A stretch of DNA of 64,000 bases from the human T2T-CHM13v2.0 reference genome, Homo sapiens. The notes beneath the pieces were generated by a model, which saw only the letters and a program-made list of their open reading frames with translations, made no database searches and had not been told where the DNA came from. The position numbers and the translations under genes were made by a program. The stretch is from the NCBI RefSeq assembly GCF_009914755.1, contig NC_060933.1. One strand, written 5' to 3'. This document shows positions 60,859 to 64,000 of this stretch, in pieces (positions within the stretch are counted from its first letter, which is position 1; each line of letters opens with the position of its first letter).

Positions 60859-62244
60859 GGTCAGCAAAGCCTGACTCCTGTCCTCTCTCTCTCCTCTCCA
60901 GACAGCATGAGCTTCACCACTCGCTCCACCTTCTCCACCAACTACCAGTCCCTGGGCTCCGTCCAGCCGCCCAGCTACGGTGCCTGGCCGGTCAGGAGAG
61001 AGGCCAGCTGGTGGCGGGAGCTCTGGTTTCTGGATCTCCATGTCCCGCTTCACTAGCTTCTGGGGTGGCTTGGGGTCCGGGTTGTGGCCACAAGGATGGC
61101 CGGGGGTCTGGCAGGAATGGGAAGCATCCAGAACGAGAAGGAGCCCATGCAAAGCTGAACGGCCACCTGGCCCCCTACCTGGACAGAGTGAGGAGCCTGG
61201 AGACTGAGAACCAGAGGCTGGAGAGCAAAATCTGAGAGCATCTGGAGAAGAAGGGACCTCAGGCCAGAGACTGGGGCCTTTACTTCAAGACCATCGGGGG
61301 CCTGAGGGCTCAGATCTTCACAAATACTGTGGACAATGCCAGCATCATTCTGCAGATCGACAATGCCCGTCTTGCTGCTGGTTACTTTAGAGTCAAATAT
61401 GAGACAGAGCTGGCCATACGCCAGTCTGTGCAGAGTGACATCCATGGGCTCCACAAGGTCACTGATGACACCAGTGTCACTCAGCTGCAGCTGGAGACAG
61501 AGATCGAGGCTCTCAAGGAGGAGCTGCTCTTCATGAAGAACCACAAAGAGAAAGTAAAAGGCCTGCAAGCCCAGGTTGCAGCTCTGGGTTGACTGTGGAG
61601 GTAGATGCCCCCAAATCTCTGAACCTCACCAAGATCATGGCAGACATCTGGGCCCAATACAGTGAACGGCCTCAGAAGAACCAAAAGGAGCTAGACAAGT
61701 AGTGGTCCCAGCAGATTGAGGAGAGCACCACAGTGGTCATGATGCAGTCCGCCGAGGTCGGAGCTGCTGAGATGACACTCACGGAGCTGAGATGTACAGT
61801 CCAGTCCTTGGAGATCAACCTGGACTCAATGAGAAATCTGAAGGCCAGGTTGGAGAACAGCCTGAGGGAGGTGGAGGGCCACTATGCCCTGCAGATGGAG
61901 CAGCTCAACGGGATCCTGCTGCACCTGGAGTCAGAGCTGGCACAGGGTATAGGGGCAGTGCCAGGCCCAGGAGTACGAAGCCCTGCTGAACATCAAGGTC
62001 AAGCTGGAGGCTGAGATTGCCACCTACTGCCGCCTGCTGGAAGATGGCAAGGACTTCAATCTTGGTGATGCCCTGGACAGCAGGAATTCCATGCAAAACA
62101 TCCAAAAGACCACCACCCCCCAGATTGTGGATGGCAAAGTGGTGTCTGAGACCAATGACACCAAAATTCTGAGACATTAAGCCAGCAGAAGCAGGGTACT
62201 CTTTGGGGAGCAGGAGGGCAATAAAAAGTTCAGAGGTCAAAAAA
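60859..62244 (+). pseudogene. Processed keratin 18 (KRT18) pseudogene
   Basis: Intronless copy with 5' UTR, ATG at 60907 (MSFTTRSTFSTNY), rod segments (YLDRVRSLETEN; IDNARLAA; KLEAEIATY), caspase sites VEVD and DALD, TAA at 62178-62180, AATAAA at 62220 and a short A tail; disabled by frameshifts and stops (TGA 61233, TAG 61700). Confidence 0.95.
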
Positions 62245-62292
62245 TACACACAGACACACAGACACACACACACACACACACACAAACACACA
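62245..62292. repeat. (CA)n microsatellite
   Basis: cacacagacacacagacacacacacacacacacacaaacacaca. Confidence 0.9.
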
Positions 62293-64000
62293 AATCCCTG
62301 ACTCCATGTCTTCCATCCTGGACACACTGGTGCAAGATGTGGGCTCTCAAGGCCTTGACTAGCTTCATCCCTGTGGCTTTGCAGGGTGCAGCCCCTGTGG
62401 CTACTCCCCTACCAGCTGGAGATGGGCACCTGTGACTTTTCCAGGCTCAGGTTGCAAGTTGCAGGTAGCTCTACCATTCTCAGGTCTACAGAATGGCAGT
62501 CACTTCCCATAGCTCCACAAGACAGTGACCCAGTGGGGACTCTGTGTGGGGCCTCCAACCTCACATTTCCCCTTGGCATTGACGTAGTGAGTAACTCTTT
62601 GGGGACTCTGCCCTGCAGCTGGTTTCTGTCTGGGCACCTAGGCTTTTCCATAAATCCTCTGAAACCTAGGGGGAAGCTGCCAAGCTTCGTTCACTCTTGA
62701 TTCCATGTGCCTGCAGACTTAACACTTAGAAGCTACCAAGGCTTAGGGCAACTTGCACTCTCCAAAGTGGCAGATGGAACCATAGCTGGGGCCCTTTGAG
62801 CCAAGACTGGAGCTGGAGCAGCCCACCGAGGTGGTGCAGGGCAGTAGTGTGCAGGGCAGCAGCACCCTGGCCTCGCCACGGAAACCATTCATTCCTCCTT
62901 GACCTCTGGGCTGTGACTCGAGGGGCTGCCTCAAACATCTCTGAAATGCAATACAGGTCTTTCTCCCATTTTCTTGGATAGTAGCACTTGGCTCCCTTTT
63001 AATCATGCTCATTTCTCTAGCAAGTGGTAGTTCTGCAGCCTGCTTGGATTCTTTCTCTTCCACAGGGAACAGTCTGCAAATTTTCCAAACTTTTCTACTC
63101 TGCTTCCCTTTTAAATATAACTTCCAACTTTAAGTCATTCCTTTGCTCCCGCATCTCATCATAGGCTTTTAGAAGAAACCATGCTACATCTTGAATGCTT
63201 TGCTGCTTAGAAATTTCTTCCACCAGATACCCTAAGTCATCATTCTGAAGTTCAAACTTCTACAGATCCCTAGGATGTGAACACCATGCAGCCAAGTCTT
63301 TTCTAGGGCATAACGGGGTTGACCTTTACTCCAGCTTTCAATAACTTCCTTATTTCCATCTGAGACCTCATCAGTCTGGCCTTCACTATCCACATTTCTA
63401 TTAGCAATTTGGTCACAACCACTTAACAAGTCTCTAAGAAGTTCCAAAATTTCCCTTGTCTTCCTGTCTTCTTCTGAGCTCTCCAAACTCTTCTAACCTC
63501 AGCCTGTTACCCAGTTCCAAAGCCACTTTCACATTTTCAGGTATCTTTATAGCAATGCCACACTCCTCAGTACCAATGTTCTGTATTAGTCTGTTCTTGT
63601 GTTGTTCTACAAAGAAATAACGGAGTCTGGGTACTTTATAAAGAAAAGAGGTTTAATTTGGTTCACAGTTCTGCAGGCTGTACAGGCATGGCACCAACAT
63701 CTGCTTAGTTTCTGTTGAGGGCCTCAAGAGGCTTACAATCATGGTGGAAAGCGAAGGGGAGCCAGTGTATCACATGGCAAGAGCAGGACCAAGGTGTGTG
63801 TGGGGTGCAGAAGTACCACACTCTTTTAAACAATCAGATCTAGCATGAACTGAGTGAGAACTCACTCATCAACCAGGGATGGTGCTAAGCCATTCTTGAG
63901 GGATCTGCCCCCATGATCCAATACATTCCACCAGGCCCCACCTTCAGCACGAGGCCACATTACAATATGAGATTTGGAGGGACAAACATCCAAGCCATTA

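Noticed and set aside
60807-62014. Keratin-like ORFs as a functional retrogene
   Set aside because: Multiple frameshifts and in-frame stops fragment the rod domain

Overview
Human (primate) genomic DNA, recognisable as the end of the 9q33 olfactory-receptor cluster where it meets a housekeeping region; the chromosomal assignment is from recall of the gene order, not from a search. It holds two intact single-exon olfactory receptor ORFs on the + strand (OR5C1, OR1K1). PDCL (phosducin-like protein 1) lies on the - strand with four exons, a CDS that reconstructs exactly to 301 aa, and a CpG-island promoter. A disabled processed KRT18 pseudogene lies near the right end. The rest is mostly interspersed repeats: dozens of Alus, L1/L2/MIR remnants, MaLR/ERV LTRs, and hAT and Tigger DNA transposons. 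I see no new protein-coding system, and nearly all other ORFs in the track derive from repeats or are antisense by-products. The best second-look items are: (1) a five-layer nested insertion stack ending in the KRT18 retrocopy; (2) an overlapping CTCF/YY1 site that may bound the OR domain; (3) a ~1 kb degenerate TTAGGG-like tract; (4) substitutions at canonical OR motifs in both receptors; (5) a candidate EBF-site promoter and 5' UTR exon for OR1K1; (6) a templated inverted micro-insertion inside an Alu; and (7) possible PDCL isoforms. Repeat boundaries and subfamily names are by-eye estimates.
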